DNA from: Octopus sinensis | Taxonomy: Eukaryota | DNA length: 8,321 nucleotides | Direction of reading: 5' to 3' | Assembly (NCBI RefSeq): GCF_006345805.1 | Contig: NW_021828437.1 | Coordinates: 1-8,321 of the forward strand | Shown here: positions 7,177-8,321 of the stretch, piece by piece | Position numbering within the stretch: position 1 is the stretch's first letter | How the letters are laid out: every line of letters starts with the position of its first letter | Notes under the pieces: model-generated | Seen by the model: the letters and a program-made list of their open reading frames with translations, nothing else | What the model was told of the DNA's origin: nothing | Databases searched by the model: none | Made by a program: the position numbers and the translations under genes

Positions 7177-8321
7177 CTCACAATGGACGGACGCTAGTCA
7201 TATCGGCTCCACGTAAGTTGGCCACTTTTACATGTTTTAAAATCCTTGTTGTCAAATATTTGTTTTAATCGTTGTGCAAGTCATTCACTAAAAAAAACCC
7301 CAGAATTATTCACGTAGAATTCCGCCCCTGTATGGGCGAAATTAAAAAAAAACTTTCAAAACTTTCGTGGGTTTTTAGCCATTTTTTCATTTTGAAAATG
7401 GCAACTAGAAACCACGTGGCTAGCCCGCCAGTCATGCAGAACGGTAGCAAAACACTATCGCTACCACTAGCTGCTAAACATCGCAGCGTGAAACACCGCT
7501 GTCACCACCATCACCACCACCAACAACAACAACAACAAATCTAACGTCGCATTCACCATCGCCGCGACCAAAGACATTAACTTAGATTTCCCCTCACTCC
7601 CCACACCACTTGTTGATGATAAAGGGACAGAGAAAGGGATTTCAAAAATGAATACAAACGAAAACATGAATGCCAGCACCACCACCATCACCACCAACAA
7701 CAACAACAACGAAATTGGCACAAAGCCCCCTACCAAAGACAACACCGCCAACACCAACACCACTACTACGACGTCAAATGCTACATCCAAGCCTTCTGCT
7801 GCTAATACCGCCAACACCAACACACTACCATGACTTCAATTAACACTGCACACAATTAACACTTCTACTGCCAAATTCAAAACGAATTTTGCGGACGTAA
7901 CAAAACAAAAAAGAACAATGTAACATCACCACACAAGAGATAAACCGCACAAAGGCACTCTTCTCCAAAGAAGGAGACAAATTGCACCTTCATATTCCCC
8001 AAACACATCGTGGAAAACACACAAAAAAAAACAATATTTATAAAGTAATAAACAAAAAAACAAGAAGAACAGAAAATGCACCGCAGGAAAAAATCGATAA
8101 ATGCTTCGTCCTGTATGGGACTCCAAGGAATATATCAGTTGGTGTGAAACAAATTTGGTACAGTCCAAGTACGTTTCCTCAACGAAAGTTTAGCAAAACG
8201 TTTTTCCACCTTGGAGCTACATTCGGACGACTTGGTAATGATAACCAGTCTATTTAAACAAAAGGGTCACGAAAGTCCAAATAAAAAAACATACCATTTG
8301 ATGTCGAAACACAATGGGTGG
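7177..8321 (+). mobile_element. 5' portion of a probable L1/Tx1-like LINE (5' UTR plus ORF1), continuing past the window
   Basis: ~220-nt leader begins right after (TCTA)n, ATG at 7398, strongly A/C-rich sense strand, and an ORF1-like translation when frameshifts are bridged. Confidence 0.55.
7398..8321 (+). pseudogene. Frameshifted LINE ORF1-like protein
   Basis: Bridged translation: Thr/Asn-rich low-complexity N-terminus (TTITTNNNNN, twice), TNFADVTK (like the S-Y/F-A-x-V motif of LINE ORF1 proteins), then KFGTVQVRFLNESLAKRFS...PVYLNKRVTKVQIK/NIPFDVETQWV, an RRM-like pattern as in Tx1/L1 ORF1. Confidence 0.55.

Noticed and set aside
7467-7823. 118-aa hydrophobic minus-strand ORF resembling a membrane protein
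   Set aside because: It is the antisense reading of (ACC)/(AAC) repeats, which yields Val/Leu runs.
1-8321. CRISPR array or prokaryotic operon
   Set aside because: No regularly spaced repeat-spacer structure and no gene-dense organisation; the content is typical of an animal genome.

Overview
AT-rich, repeat-dense eukaryotic DNA with no intact gene. The SINE, microsatellite and transposon mix resembles octopus genomic DNA (my recognition, not verified). Most ORFs in the supplied track are microsatellite or SINE artefacts. From left to right: three copies of a tRNA-derived SINE carrying an internal microsatellite (28-486 +, 1065-1226 + truncated, 5632-6023 -); a ~1.6-unit tandem repeat with a 457-nt period (1485-2222); a second tRNA-derived SINE (2657-2962 -); a decayed DD37D (maT) transposon abutting a truncated Tc1-like element; a 393-bp non-autonomous Helitron (4626-5018 -); a candidate 109-nt host exon; and two same-orientation L1/Tx1-like LINE pieces bounded by (TATC)n tracts. 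The best finding is that each copy of the 457-nt repeat carries a type I hammerhead ribozyme fold on the minus strand, with a palindromic minimal stem III, a U3 core variant and a 7-bp pseudoknot, which points to a non-LTR retrozyme-like element predicted to release a 457-nt, possibly circular, RNA. The second is a possible GATA-microsatellite-targeting Tx1-like LINE.
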